Source: Dendrobates tinctorius | Taxonomy: Eukaryota | Assembly (NCBI RefSeq): GCF_039654945.1 | Contig: NW_027361830.1 | Span: 1-64,000 of the forward strand | DNA: 64,000 nt | Direction: 5' to 3' | In this document: positions 47,183 to 59,079 of the stretch, in pieces | How positions within the stretch are numbered: the stretch's first letter is position 1 | How the letters are laid out: every line of letters starts with the position of its first letter | Notes under the pieces: generated by a model | Database searches by the model: none | Told to the model about the DNA's origin: nothing | Seen by the model: only the letters and a program-made list of their open reading frames with translations | Program-made: the position numbers and the translations under genes

Positions 47183-47197
47183 CCAGCAGATGGCGCC
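47183..47197 (+). promoter_or_regulatory. CTCF-like binding motif
   Basis: CCAGCAGATGGCGCC, a near-consensus CTCF core. Confidence 0.55.
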
Positions 47198-50100
47198 ATC
47201 TAATACAGGTTTTTCTGTACCTTGGTACAGCTCATTAATATATTGCTTGCATATAGAGTAGAGGAGTACAGGATCAGAAACACATGCTATATACTGTAGT
47301 CAAATATATATGTTTCTGCCCCAAGTCTTTCCAGTGTACAAAATCCCATAGGTATTCGTTTTCAAGTCTAATTCTTTTTGTCCAATTGTTTGTATGATTC
47401 AAAACTACTGTATACCTGGTAATCCACTGGGCTTAGTACTGGCCGAAAACAGTCTTTGTTCTGCTTCAAGGGATGTTCCAGTTTTAAGTTGCAATATCAT
47501 TAATTAATACATTAGGGGATGCAGACAGAGGCGCAGGTTTTGCCGTTTGTATTCAGTCATTACCTTCTTTTCTCCCTGTTGTCCAAGAGCCATAACTTTT
47601 TTTTATTTTACTATCAACATATTCAGGACGAGTTATAGTCTTAAATGTTGCCACTTATTGTACTGGAAAAAAAGTTATTTGTGGGGAGTAATAAAGAAAT
47701 AAACATATTTCCTTCACTGTTCAAATTTCATTTTTACGTTACATTTAATTTGCTGTACAGTAAAAAAAAAAAAAAGACGATTTATCGATACCAAATGTTT
47801 ATTCTTTATCACTTTAGAAAACAAACGACAACTGTAAAAATTGGAAATTTGATGTGTCATTCTGAGTCTGAGATCCAGAACTTTATTTTTCCATTGGCTT
47901 CTCTCTGAGGCTTCATTTTTTTTTGTAGGGACAGTTGTAGTTTCCATTGGAACCATTTTTAATTTTGGGTTACGCAAGACTTTATGATAGACTGTTCTTC
48001 CATTTTTGGGGTGGAGACAAGGGACCATGTTACCGTGCAGGAAAAATAAAGTGATATTTTAAAATTTGAACTTTTACAAAGTTTATTTTATGCAATTTTT
48101 TCTTATTATTTCAACAATAGGAAAAGGAAGAGATTGTTTAGTTTTTAATGATAAAGTGGGGGTGCGACACCCGGCACAGCAGCCAATCACCTTCATGGGT
48201 GGACTTTAAATACAAGTTAAAAAAAATATATAAAAAGAGGGAAAAGTGAAGCAAAATTGCATTAGCAGGTGAGCCATCAGGGTAGGTCATACAGCATGAA
48301 GCAAAGACAAAAGCACCGTATGTCTGAATGAGGCCTTGAGGTCTATTTTCACAGATAGAACTCGTACCTATTACAGTCTTTGGGGCTGTTCACATGCCTG
48401 TGTGTTTTTGCCAACCAAGCAGTCTACCCCAAAACACGGAGATACGTTACATTTTGATGGAATCAGGAAACAAACCAGCCAATGCAAACCTGTGGGTCCA
48501 TTCAAAAAAATATAAATAAAAAATACAATTGGACAATCAACATTCAGAGCCTGTGATGTGCTGTCCAATATTCAGGTTTGGTTGATAGAAGTCTGAGAAC
48601 ACTTCTACGCAAAAAAACTGGTAGAAAAAAAATGACAACAAAAATTCATGAAAATTTGATCCAAAACACAAATGAAAAAAAATTTCTTCATGTTTATACC
48701 TACAGGAAAAATCAGCAATGTGTGAATGAGGCCTGAGGTCAGGTTTAGCTAGCTATTATCAGCAGCACTTACAAAGTAATTTTGCCACTAGTGAAGCACG
48801 TCAGTGGTCTCATCCACTACACTGCCCTCACTTTCATGTCCCCCATTAAAGTATGCCAACAAAATGCTTCCCCCCAAAACACAGATGAAAGCCCCCACAG
48901 TAAATTCCTCCACACACACTATTAAGTCCCCAATACAGTGATGACCCCACATACACAAGGCCCCCAGTCCCACAGTACAGTATAACCCCCCACACACACA
49001 GTTGATGGCCCCTAAAGCTCCCCACACTTTGTGATGACTCCTCATCCCCTACAATCAATATGATGGCCCCACAGTATATATCCCCCGAACACAGTATATC
49101 TCCAGAATAAGTCATTTATTGACTGAAGTTGAAGCAGCGATGTCATCTCATCCGCCGCACTGAGACGCCACAGTTCAGACGTACAGTGAGAATCACAGGG
49201 AGCTGAAAGTTCCATGTTCCATCATTGCGTACAGCTATAGAAAGATATCAGGGCAGGTGTAGGGGCCTGGTACAGCATCGAAGCAGGGCAATCCCCTCCG
49301 ATTCACGGGCTCCATAGCGACTGACTGGTCTGCCGATGTTGGCAGTATACCACGATTACAAAAAAAAAAAAAAATTTTCTCCACAGACCACCAAAATTTG
49401 TTCATGTGTACTTGCACATGGGCCAACATTGCCCAGTGTGCCATCCGCTGCCCTCATAGACAGCACACTGACCAAAAATACATTCATTTGGACATAGCCT
49501 ACGGAAGGACTAGCACGCAGATTATCTTCTGCTATAGCCCATCAGTGTGTAAGGAATAGCTAGTTGTGCATTCGTACACACTGTGTGCCGTCTATTTGTC
49601 GGAACGATTCTTGGCATCCTCCTTAGACCCTTTTTGTCCACTTGTCATTTACATCCAGAGGATCCCCTTTCTCTGGGTGTTTTCCCTCTATCACATCATT
49701 TTTGGCTTAGCTTGTACATGATTTTACGAGGCTGGTAGTTTCTGAAAGATTGACCTCCATCTAGTCTAAGGGCTCATGCAGATGTCAGTGGATGACATAT
49801 GTTTAATCACGGACTGGCCGAGCGTGACAGCCTCATGGAAATACATGAAGTTGTCACACTCCAGTCAAGAGGCCCGCGGCCAGTCCGTGCATTGTGGTCC
49901 ATGATCAGACGGAGATCCACATACATCTGCATGAGCCCCAACACTGATGATTAGGTCTTGTGTGAGGTCACTCAACTCAATATCGACTCACACCGATCCA
50001 CAGAAAAAATTATTTTATGCTGCTCTCTGAGGTGATAGTTCTAATTTCTATACAGGCAAGCTGCAGCCATGAGAGGCTAGGTGTCCATCAAAAGATGGCC

Positions 50101-52007
50101 ATGTAAGTATTTATGTTTCAATTGCAGAACTAAAAATCCCAGATGGCCAAGAATTTTACGAACAAATTGGAAAACCATAATAAATCATTAAGATTTCATA
50201 TTATTTACGTGCTCGGCCCATAATACTAACATGAACACATTGGCAGCATTTACCATGAAATGCAAAATTAAGAAAATTGCAAGTAGACTGAAAGAAGAAA
50301 TAAATATATCTTTTTTATTTTTTTTTACAAAGAGGGAAAAGGGGACCTATTTTTAAGGAGTGTCCAGGAATTTTTGAATGGTTGGGAAACTTGGCTCCAT
50401 TCCACTACACAATGACCCACTTTGTGCAAGGGTGGCCTTACTAATAGAATGGAAGGAAAAACCATTTGGCCCTGATGTTTCCAGGTCACTGTACATGACC
50501 TAAGGCAGCAAGTAATCATTAGGCGTCAACTGTCCTGGATTGCATGGAACTCCTGGGATGAAAGGGGGCGGACATTTTAGGATGCATCGGGCAGACGTAC
50601 TGGATGGTTGGGGCTCACACATTCCCAGAAACGCTAATAACTATCTGCAATCCTGACAGCAGTACACAGAGAGCCAACACTCCAAAGTGACCGCAGTGGG
50701 CATCATGAGGCTATGTGCCCACGATCTGGCAGTATTTGAACGCAGCGTATGTTTGCCAAGTCCAAAACTCTACGCTTTATTGAACGCAGGTAAATCCGCA
50801 CGTGTTCACTGAACCGTAGATTACTGCATCCAATACATTCTATTGATGTAATTTTTCTTGCGGAGACTCGCATCTCCGCAAGAGAAATTGACATGCTGCG
50901 GTCTTGCTATATGCGCAGAATGTCCACCTCCACAGGTGATCCGCAGGAGTCTGTGCTGTAACATCTGGCCGCTGCGGGTTTGACGCTGCACCTGTGCGCA
51001 GCATCCAAACCACAGCAACTCCAGATTGTGGGCATGTACCGATAACCATTTTGCATGGTTTGCTTACTAGCCTTTGTGTTGCATTGCCTATTGCTGGCAG
51101 CACACAGCCCTGAATCAGAGTATGTGCACAAGACATTTATTCAGGCAGGAGAACTCGCAGAGATTTTCCTCACGATGAAGACACTTCAGGAAACTCCTTT
51201 TCTCTGACATTTCATAATCCTGAAGTCTTTTTTTTTAGCATTTTGGGCTTTCCTAGAGGACTTCAGCGACCGCTGGTGGTCTTTTTGAGCTTTTTTCTAT
51301 TGTGTTAAGTGGTGTCTTTTTACAGATGTTTTCCAGACCTTTTTCAAATGCCATTCAACAAAGAATAAATTACTAACATATTTTAATTTTCTTTTAAACC
51401 AAAACCGCTGGCAAAGCTTTGAAAAAGATGATCGGGTGTCTTATCAGCCCTCCTGTTGACTTGTATGGTAAAATATAGAGCGTCTTCAGAGCGGACGGCG
51501 CCTGAAGAATAGTCAGCTCACCTCTTCACATCTTTGGAAACCAGAGGCTTTTAAAAGACACTCAGACTGAGCACGTGCAGAGCAGGTCATTTTTCTTATG
51601 CTTATGGACATTCTTTTAGTTGGTGCCTGAAGCAAACATTGTGTGCACAAACCAATAAAGAGGTGGCCCATGGCCTATAAAGCCTTTATCAATATCTACC
51701 TTTAAGCCCTAATCACTGTCAGTTGTATAATTAAATTCACTACATGTCTCACAATACAGGTATTTCTGGTGTTTTTTTAACTTTATTCCCTGTGACTTTT
51801 CGTTTGAGAGGAGATTCAAAAGGGACATCACATGAGGATAGGGCTGCCCTCACCTCGCTGCAGTGTCTCCCTTCCTGAAAAAGGATATCAATGGGGGCTG
51901 CACTGCAGTCACTCACTACAGCTATGGTCACCACCATCCCCTGATGACATCCTGGGTCCGTAGAGTTGATCGAGAAATGAATACATCTTCAGTCTCTGCC
52001 ACCTTTA

Positions 52008-52385
52008 GGCTGCGTGCACACGCTGCGGATTCCGCTGCGTTTCCGCAGCGTTTTTGGCCGCTGCGGACCCGCAGCAGTTTTAGCTGCGGTGTACAGTACC
52101 ATTCAAATGAATGGGAATAAAAAAACGCTGTGCCGACGCTGCGGAAAAATCCGCGCGGATTTGCTGCGGTTTTGAATCCACAGAAAGAATTGCATGTCAA
52201 TTCTTTCTGCGGAAACCGCTGCGGGTTCTTATCTCCACCATTGTGGAGATAGTGAATCCGCAGGACCAAACCGCAGGCAAAACCGCAGATAATCCGCAGG
52301 TCTTTGGACCTGCGGATTATCTGCGGTTTTTGCAAAATCCGTGCGGATTAATCCGCAGCGGATTCCGCAGCGTGTGCACGTACCC
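52008..52385. mobile_element. PIF/Harbinger-type MITE, inverted relative to the 1053-1400 copy
   Basis: TTA|GGCTGCGTGCACACGCTGCGG...CCGCAGCGTGTGCACGTACCC|TTA. Confidence 0.85.
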
Positions 52386-52519
52386 TTACAGTCTCTGCTT
52401 CTAACACCACACTCTCGTTCCCTGAAACTAATTGTCATCAGGTGGTAAAGATAGAAGCAGTGTGAGTAACAGCAGCCCCACCCCTGATGACAATTTGAGA
52501 GCTGTGGGGTGAAGCAGCG

Positions 52520-55008
52520 GTCACTCACACTGCTTCTATCACTGCTCTCAAATGAATCACCCTCAGGAGGCAGCACTGGTGTCACTCACACTGCTTCTAT
52601 CACTGCTCTCAAATGAATCACCCTCAGGAGGCAGCATTGGTGTCACTCACACTGCTTGTATCACTGCTCTCAAATGAATCACCCTCAGGAGGCAGCACTG
52701 GTGTCACTCACACTGCTTCTATCACTGCTCTCAAATGAATCACCCTCAGGAGGCGGCGCTGGTGTCACTCACACTGCTTCTATCACTGCTCTCAAATGAA
52801 TCACCCTCAGGAGGCGGCGCTGGTGTCACTCACACTGCTTCTATCACTGCTCTCAAATGAATCACCCTCAGGAGGCGGCGCTGGTGTTACACTGCTTCTA
52901 TCACGGCTCTCAAATGAATCACCCTCAGGAGGCGGCGCTGGTGTTACACTTCTATCACTGCACTCAAATGAATCACCCTAAGGAGGCAGCACTGGTGTCA
53001 CTCACACTGCTTCTATCACTGCTCTCAAATGAATCACCCTCAGGAGGCAGCACTGGTGTCACTCACACTGCTTGTATCACTGCTCTCAAATGAATCACCC
53101 TCAGGAGGCGGCGCTGGTGTCACTCACACTGCTTCTATCACTGCTCTCAAATGAATCACCCTCAGGAGGCGGCGCTGGTGTCACTCACACTGCTTCTATC
53201 ACTGCTCTCAAATGAATCACCCTCAGGAGGCGGCGCTGGTGTCACTCACACTGCTTCTATCACTGCTCTCAAATGAATCACCCTCAGGAGGCGGCGCTGG
53301 TGTTACACTGCTTCTATCACGGCTCTCAAATGAATCACCCTCAGGAGGCGGCGCTGGTGTCTCTCACACTGCTTCTATCACTGCTCTCAAATGAATCACC
53401 CTCAGGAGGCGGCGCTGGTGTCACTCACACTGCTTCTATCACTGCTCTCAAATGAATCACCCTCAGGAGGCGGCGCTGGTGTTACACTGCTTCTATCACT
53501 GCACTCAAATGAATCACCCTAAGGAGGCAGCACTGGTGTCACTCACACTGCTTCTATCACTGCTCTCAAATGAATCACCCTCAGGAGGCAGCACTGGTGT
53601 CACTCACACTGCTTCTATCACTGCTCTCAAATGAATCACCCTCAGGAGGCAGTGCTGGTGTCACTCACACTGCTTCTATCACTGCTCTCAAATGAATCAC
53701 CCTCAGGAGGCAGCACTGGTGTCACTCACACTGCTTCTATCACTGCTCTCAAATGAATCACCCTCAGGAGGCAGTGCTGGTGTCACTCACACTGCTTCTA
53801 TCACTGCTCTCAAATGAATCACCCTCAGGAGGCGGCGCTGGTGTTACACTTCTATCACTGCACTCAAATGAATCACCCTAAGGAGGCAGCACTGGTGTCA
53901 CTCACACTGCTTCTATCACTGCTCTCAAATGAATCACCCTCAGGAGGCAGCACTGGTGTCACTCACACTGCTTGTATCACTGCTCTCAAATGAATCACCC
54001 TCAGGAGGCGGCGCTGGTGTCACTCACACTGCTTCTATCACTGCTCTCAAATGAATCACCCTCAGGAGGCGGCGCTGGTGTCACTCACACTGCTTCTATC
54101 ACTGCTCTCAAATGAATCACCCTCAGGAGGCGGCGCTGGTGTCACTCACACTGCTTCTATCACTGCTCTCAAATGAATCACCCTCAGGAGGCGGCGCTGG
54201 TGTTACACTGCTTCTATCACGGCTCTCAAATGAATCACCCTCAGGAGGCGGCGCTGGTGTCTCTCACACTGCTTCTATCACTGCTCTCAAATGAATCACC
54301 CTCAGGAGGCGGCGCTGGTGTCACTCACACTGCTTCTATCACTGCTCTCAAATGAATCACCCTCAGGAGGCGGCGCTGGTGTTACACTGCTTCTATCACT
54401 GCACTCAAATGAATCACCCTAAGGAGGCAGCACTGGTGTCACTCACACTGCTTCTATCACTGCTCTCAAATGAATCACCCTCAGGAGGCAGCACTGGTGT
54501 CACTCACACTGCTTCTATCACTGCTCTCAAATGAATCACCCTCAGGAGGCAGTGCTGGTGTCACTCACACTGCTTCTATCACTGCTCTCAAATGAATCAC
54601 CCTCAGGAGGCAGCACTGGTGTCACTCACACTGCTTCTATCACTGCTCTCAAATGAATCACCCTCAGGAGGCAGTGCTGGTGTCACTCACACTGCTTCTA
54701 TCACTGCTCTCAAATGAATCACCCTCAGGAGGCGGCGCTGGTGTCACTCACACTGCTTCTATCACTGCTCTCAAATGAATCTCCCTCAGGAGGTGGCGCT
54801 GCTGTCACTCACACTGCTTCTATCACTGCTCTCAAATGAATCACCCTCAGGAGGCGGTGCTGGTGTCACTCACACTGCTTCTATCACTGCTCTCAAATGA
54901 ATCACCCTCAGGAGGCGGTGCTGGTGTCACTCACACTGCTTCTATCACTGCTCTCAAATGAATCACCCTCAGGAGGCGGCGCTTGTGTCACTCACACTGC
55001 TTCTATCA
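52520..55008. repeat. 61-bp satellite, about 41 monomers, with a 900-bp higher-order repeat
   Basis: Unit GTCACTCACACTGCTTCTATCACTGCTCTCAAATGAATCACCCTCAGGAGGCRGYRCTGGT; sequence lines 52921-53820 recur unchanged at 53821-54720. Confidence 0.97.
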
Positions 55009-55651
55009 CCGACGCCTAATAACGTCTCGTTTCAGAGAAAGAGACTGCAATGTTAGAAGCAGTGACTGTGACGGCGGTGATTGAAGATGGGGTCACTTCT
55101 CAATCATCTCAACAGAACCAGGTTCAGGGGACGGCAGTAGCTGCGATAAGTGACTACAGTGCCGCTGATGCCGTCCTGTTACAAGAGGGGGCAATAGTCT
55201 GCAGGGAGTGAGTGCAGCCCCAGCTTCCTATGACATCTCATTTGGGACTCCTCTCTGAACTGAAACAATACAGGAAGCAAAGTAAGAAAAACCATATAGG
55301 AAAAAGTGTTTATAACATATATATAGATAGATATTTATAAAGAGCTTTCAAGGTTTTGGACCACCCTCAGTCAGTGGGTTGTTCTGAAGGACCGACAGGA
55401 GACATTGTAACTCTTTATCTTTGTCTGAGATGATTTATGGCCACAAAAAAATCAAAGTAGAATTTGCTGTGAAGCAAGGAACCTGTAAAAGCCAACCGGT
55501 GCAAAATTTATAACAAAACCCAACAGCAAAAGATTATTTCAGCCCAAAATACATGTAATTAAGTTAAAAATAACAATCACTGCCCTCAAAAGGCGGCGGA
55601 GGATGACACGTTGGCCTGTATACACACAACCTCTATAGAACAGGCACTCAC

Positions 55652-55822
55652 AAATCTGCTGCACATGGCCACCGCCAGATTACACAGCCTGGCCGAGAAC
55701 CCGACCCACAGGAAGAAGCAGTCCTGCAGGCTCATGACGTGGAAGTGGACGAGCCGGTCACAGATCTTCTCACTGAAGTTGTGGATAGTGATGGGCCGGT
55801 GCGACAGCTCCATGGCTTCCAT
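55652..55822 (-). CDS. PSMG4: PSMG4 exon 1 (proteasome assembly chaperone 4; spliced protein 122 aa)
   Basis: MEAMELSHRPITIHNFSEKICDRLVHFHVMSLQDCFFLWVGFSARLCNLAVAMCSRF|gtgagt; convergent with SLC22A23, as in human. Confidence 0.95.
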
Positions 55823-55834
55823 GCTTCTTCTCTG

Positions 55835-55951
55835 TGGCCGGTACCCGGCTTCCGGTGACGTCACCGGGTCATAGTCTCCCTGTATGTGTGACACTTCCGC
55901 CCACAACAAATATGGCCGCCGAGGAAGTTCCCGGGATGGTATAGCGTGCAG
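55835..55951. promoter_or_regulatory. Compact CpG-rich bidirectional promoter
   Basis: ETS CTTCCGG abutting CRE TGACGTCA (55856-55863) within the palindrome CCGGTGACGTCACCGG; ACTTCCGCCC; YY1-like AATATGGCCGCC; donor-like CAG|GTACGA at 55952. Confidence 0.65.
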
Positions 55952-57776
55952 GTACGATGCGTGCGCTCCTCACGGTACGCCGAGCTGTCGTATGGAGTCC
56001 CGTCTGGAATATCTGGACAGGAGTCAGTCACAGCCCGCCATTTATGTGTATTAACGCTGCGCTAGGACACAGCCCCGGGTCCTTGTGAGTGGTGTTTTGC
56101 ACAAGAGCATTTGGTGGCGGATTTTGAGCCTATATGTGTTTAGCAGTTTGTTTTTTAGCCTATAAGCTTATAGTAAAGTGCCAGAATATAAAAAAAACTC
56201 CAATTCAGAGCGTGCCGGGGTGTGCAAGACACCAGGAACCCGCAATACTCCGTGAGGAAAAAGAAGCCCTAGGAGAAAGGCCGCAGCGCTTGTGGCGAGT
56301 CTCAGGTTTCTCTTATTGTCTAATAGCGTTTAAAAAAAAAGCCGGAAAAACCCAAGTTCGGCTCCTTTCACATGGTGCGTTTTTGCGGCTTTTTTTCTGC
56401 ACGTTTTCAGCTGTTTCACAGTAGCAGCAATGGCGGAGGTCTCCGAAATCTCATGCACACGTTGTTTTTTTTTTTCTCCTGACTGTTTTGTCAGAGAGCT
56501 GCGTCTTTGCAGAATGTCGCTTCTTTCAGTGTTTATTCAGCGCTTTTCGCCCATTCCCCTCCTGCGGAATATGTCGGCGCCATAGAAATAAAATAATTAT
56601 CATTGCTTTAGTGCAAAAAAAATGCAGGTGTCAGGATTTGCTGCGTTTTTGATGAAAAAAGCTGCTAATGCAGAACTAGATTTTTTTTTTTTTAAGCAAT
56701 AAACGTTATCAGCACGCACAAGAGACAAATGTGCCCTGGGAAAAACACTGAAAAAAACACAGCAAAACCTAAGTAAAACCTGCTTTTTTGTAAGCATCTT
56801 AAACACAGCTTAAATTTTACATTAAATAAATCCACAGCAAAAATGCAATGTGTGAACATAGCCTAAGGGAGGTGTAATGTGTGCAGGCTTTTTTTTTTCT
56901 TTTTTTGCATACAATAAGCAAATTCATGAAGATGGGTTTTCCCCCCAAATACTGGTGTAAAATACATTCAGATGTCAAAGTCAGTGAAAAACCCCAAGTT
57001 AACAACTTTTTTGGCCATGGTCTTCCCACGGAAAAATACTTGGGGGGAAAAAAACCCTGAAAAATGCAATGTTTTTTGTTTTTTTGTCCAAATTAAGGGA
57101 ACTTTTCATTGGTTTTCCCAATGCAAACTAAGGCCACCACTGTCAATACCTCTTTTACACCCATGTACCAGTCTGTACATAAATCCCCAATCCCTCTGAG
57201 TATCACAAAAAATGCCTTTTCTAATCCCCCAAATGGAGCGGTCCAGTCCAGTGGGCTTCTTTGGTCCTGCTTGGCGGCCACACAATCGCTTTTGTCCTGC
57301 CCTGCTTCATGTGGAGCATCTTATGACACTCTGAGGGTCTGTAATGGTCACGCATCACTGTCTCTTCCTCGGCCGTATAAGTGATCTATAGCCGGTGCGG
57401 GCAGCTCACGTCCTCTTGATTAACTATACATCTGATGGAGGGGCCCGTGACGCCAGTACTGATTGCGTGCAGGGCTCACGTGTCGTAACAAGCTCACGTG
57501 AGAATCGGGAACGCATGTGCTGACGCCGCTGGAACGCTTCCGGCCAGGAGATGCATGCAGGTGCTGTTATTTTATCATGTGGAATGAGGAGGGGTTGTCC
57601 TACTAGTAGACAACTCCTATAAGTCACTGAAGAATATCTATTAATATGAGATAACATTCCCCTGGCAAATAATTGAATGTTATTTTCGGTTACCTCTGAT
57701 AATTATTTGGTGTGTGTGTTTTTTTTTGTTTTTGTTTTTTTTTTTATATATATATCTAGGTCATTGAACAGCAGAT

Positions 57777-57884
57777 ATGGCGGGATATCATTCCTTAATC
57801 GGTTACCCCTGGATCATTGACTGCATTGCTAATTATGACAGTACAGCTGATAAGCAAAAGCCAGTCCCCGGTCAGGTAGTGGAG
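57777..57884 (+). CDS. First coding exon of an ACD/TPP1-like (shelterin OB-fold) gene; exon starts at 57760
   Basis: Long T-tract...ctag| acceptor, GATATGG Kozak, MAGYHSLIGYPWIIDCIANYDSTADKQKPVPGQVVE|gtaggt. The PWI...P..GQ..E pattern resembles the TPP1 N-terminus (from memory). Only 36 codons are visible. Confidence 0.6.
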
Positions 57885-58022
57885 GTAGGTTGTGTAAGAT
57901 TTCATGATTTGTTCCAAATAATTCGGACACGCAGCACAAGTAATGGTCTATGTACGTTCTCTTTCTTGACTCTCCTCCTTGTTACTGTGTCCAATAACGT
58001 GGCATACTACAACAACGCCTTA

Positions 58023-58960
58023 GGCTGGGTTCACACGTGGCGTTTTTTTCGCGTTTCCGCGGCTGTTTTAACCGCGTGATTTTGCCGCGAAAAATAAGCA
58101 TCCCATGCATTCCTATGGGATTCCGCAATGCTGTGCTAATGCTGCGGTTTTTACCGCGGCGGAATCGCTTCGCGGTAAAAACCGCAGCATGCTCATTAAT
58201 TTGCGGAATCGCGGCGATCCCGCACCCATAGGAATGCATTGTTCCACTTATTTCCCGCATGTGGCTGTGCACAACATGCGGAAAGTAAGCAGAACATTTG
58301 CGGATGGTACCCATGGTCCGGAGGAGAGGAGACTGTCCTCCGGGCTTTGGGTACCATATCCCTGTAAAAAAAAGAATTTAAAAATAAAAAATATTGTTAT
58401 TCTCACCCTCCGGCGTCCCGCGCAGCCTTCCCGCTTCTCTTCACGCTCCCGTTCCCAGTAGTCCTTTGCGAAAATGCCCGCGATGGCGTCCGATCTCGCG
58501 GGATCGTGAAGTCTCGCGGTCATTCGCGCGACGTCATCGCGAATAACCGCGAGACGTCGCGATCCCGCGAGAACTGACGTCATCGCAGGCATTTTCGCAA
58601 AGGATTACTGGGAACGGATGCGCGGGACGTCGGAAGGTAAGAATAACACCGTTTTTTATTTTTTTTTTTACATTTTATCTTTTACTATTGATGCTGCATA
58701 GGCGGCCTCAGTAGTAAAAAGTTGGTCACACTCGTCAAACACTATGTTTGACGAGTGTGACCAACCTGTCAATCAGTTCTCCAAGCGATGCTACAGATCG
58801 CTTGGAGAACGCTAGCATTTTGCAAGCTAATTACGCTTGCAAAATGCTAGTTTTTCCGCGGGAAAATCACGGGAATTTAAAATGCGATTTTCCCGCGGAC
58901 TGGAATTCCGGAATTCTCGCGGTAATTTCCGCGAGAGTTCCGGTACGTGTGCACTTAGAC
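58023..58960. mobile_element. TWA-target MITE with internal hairpins
   Basis: TTA|GGCTGGGTTCACACG...CGTGTGCACTTAGAC|TAA; hairpin TTGGTCACACTCGTCAAACA-CTA-TGTTTGACGAGTGTGACCAA. Confidence 0.75.
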
Positions 58961-59079
58961 TAATTGTTTTTATTGTTTTTTTTCTTTAGCAATAATTTGA
59001 ATCAGTTGAGTCATTCAAAACTTTATTCAGGCATTTCAGTAATGTTTTATATAACTTAATAAATTGGAGTAAAATTAAC

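Noticed and set aside
52520-55008. Regularly spaced repeats resembling a CRISPR array, and the repeated MNHPQEAALV ORFs
   Set aside because: There are no unique spacers; monomers are contiguous satellite in eukaryotic DNA and the ORFs are by-products of the repeat.
55823-55909. N-terminal extension of PSMG4 suggested by the ORF track
   Set aside because: It begins at a non-ATG codon within promoter motifs; homology starts at the ATG at 55822.
58965-59010. Acceptor-like T-tract as exon 2 of the ACD-like gene
   Set aside because: The in-phase reading hits TAA at the second codon and shows no OB-fold similarity.
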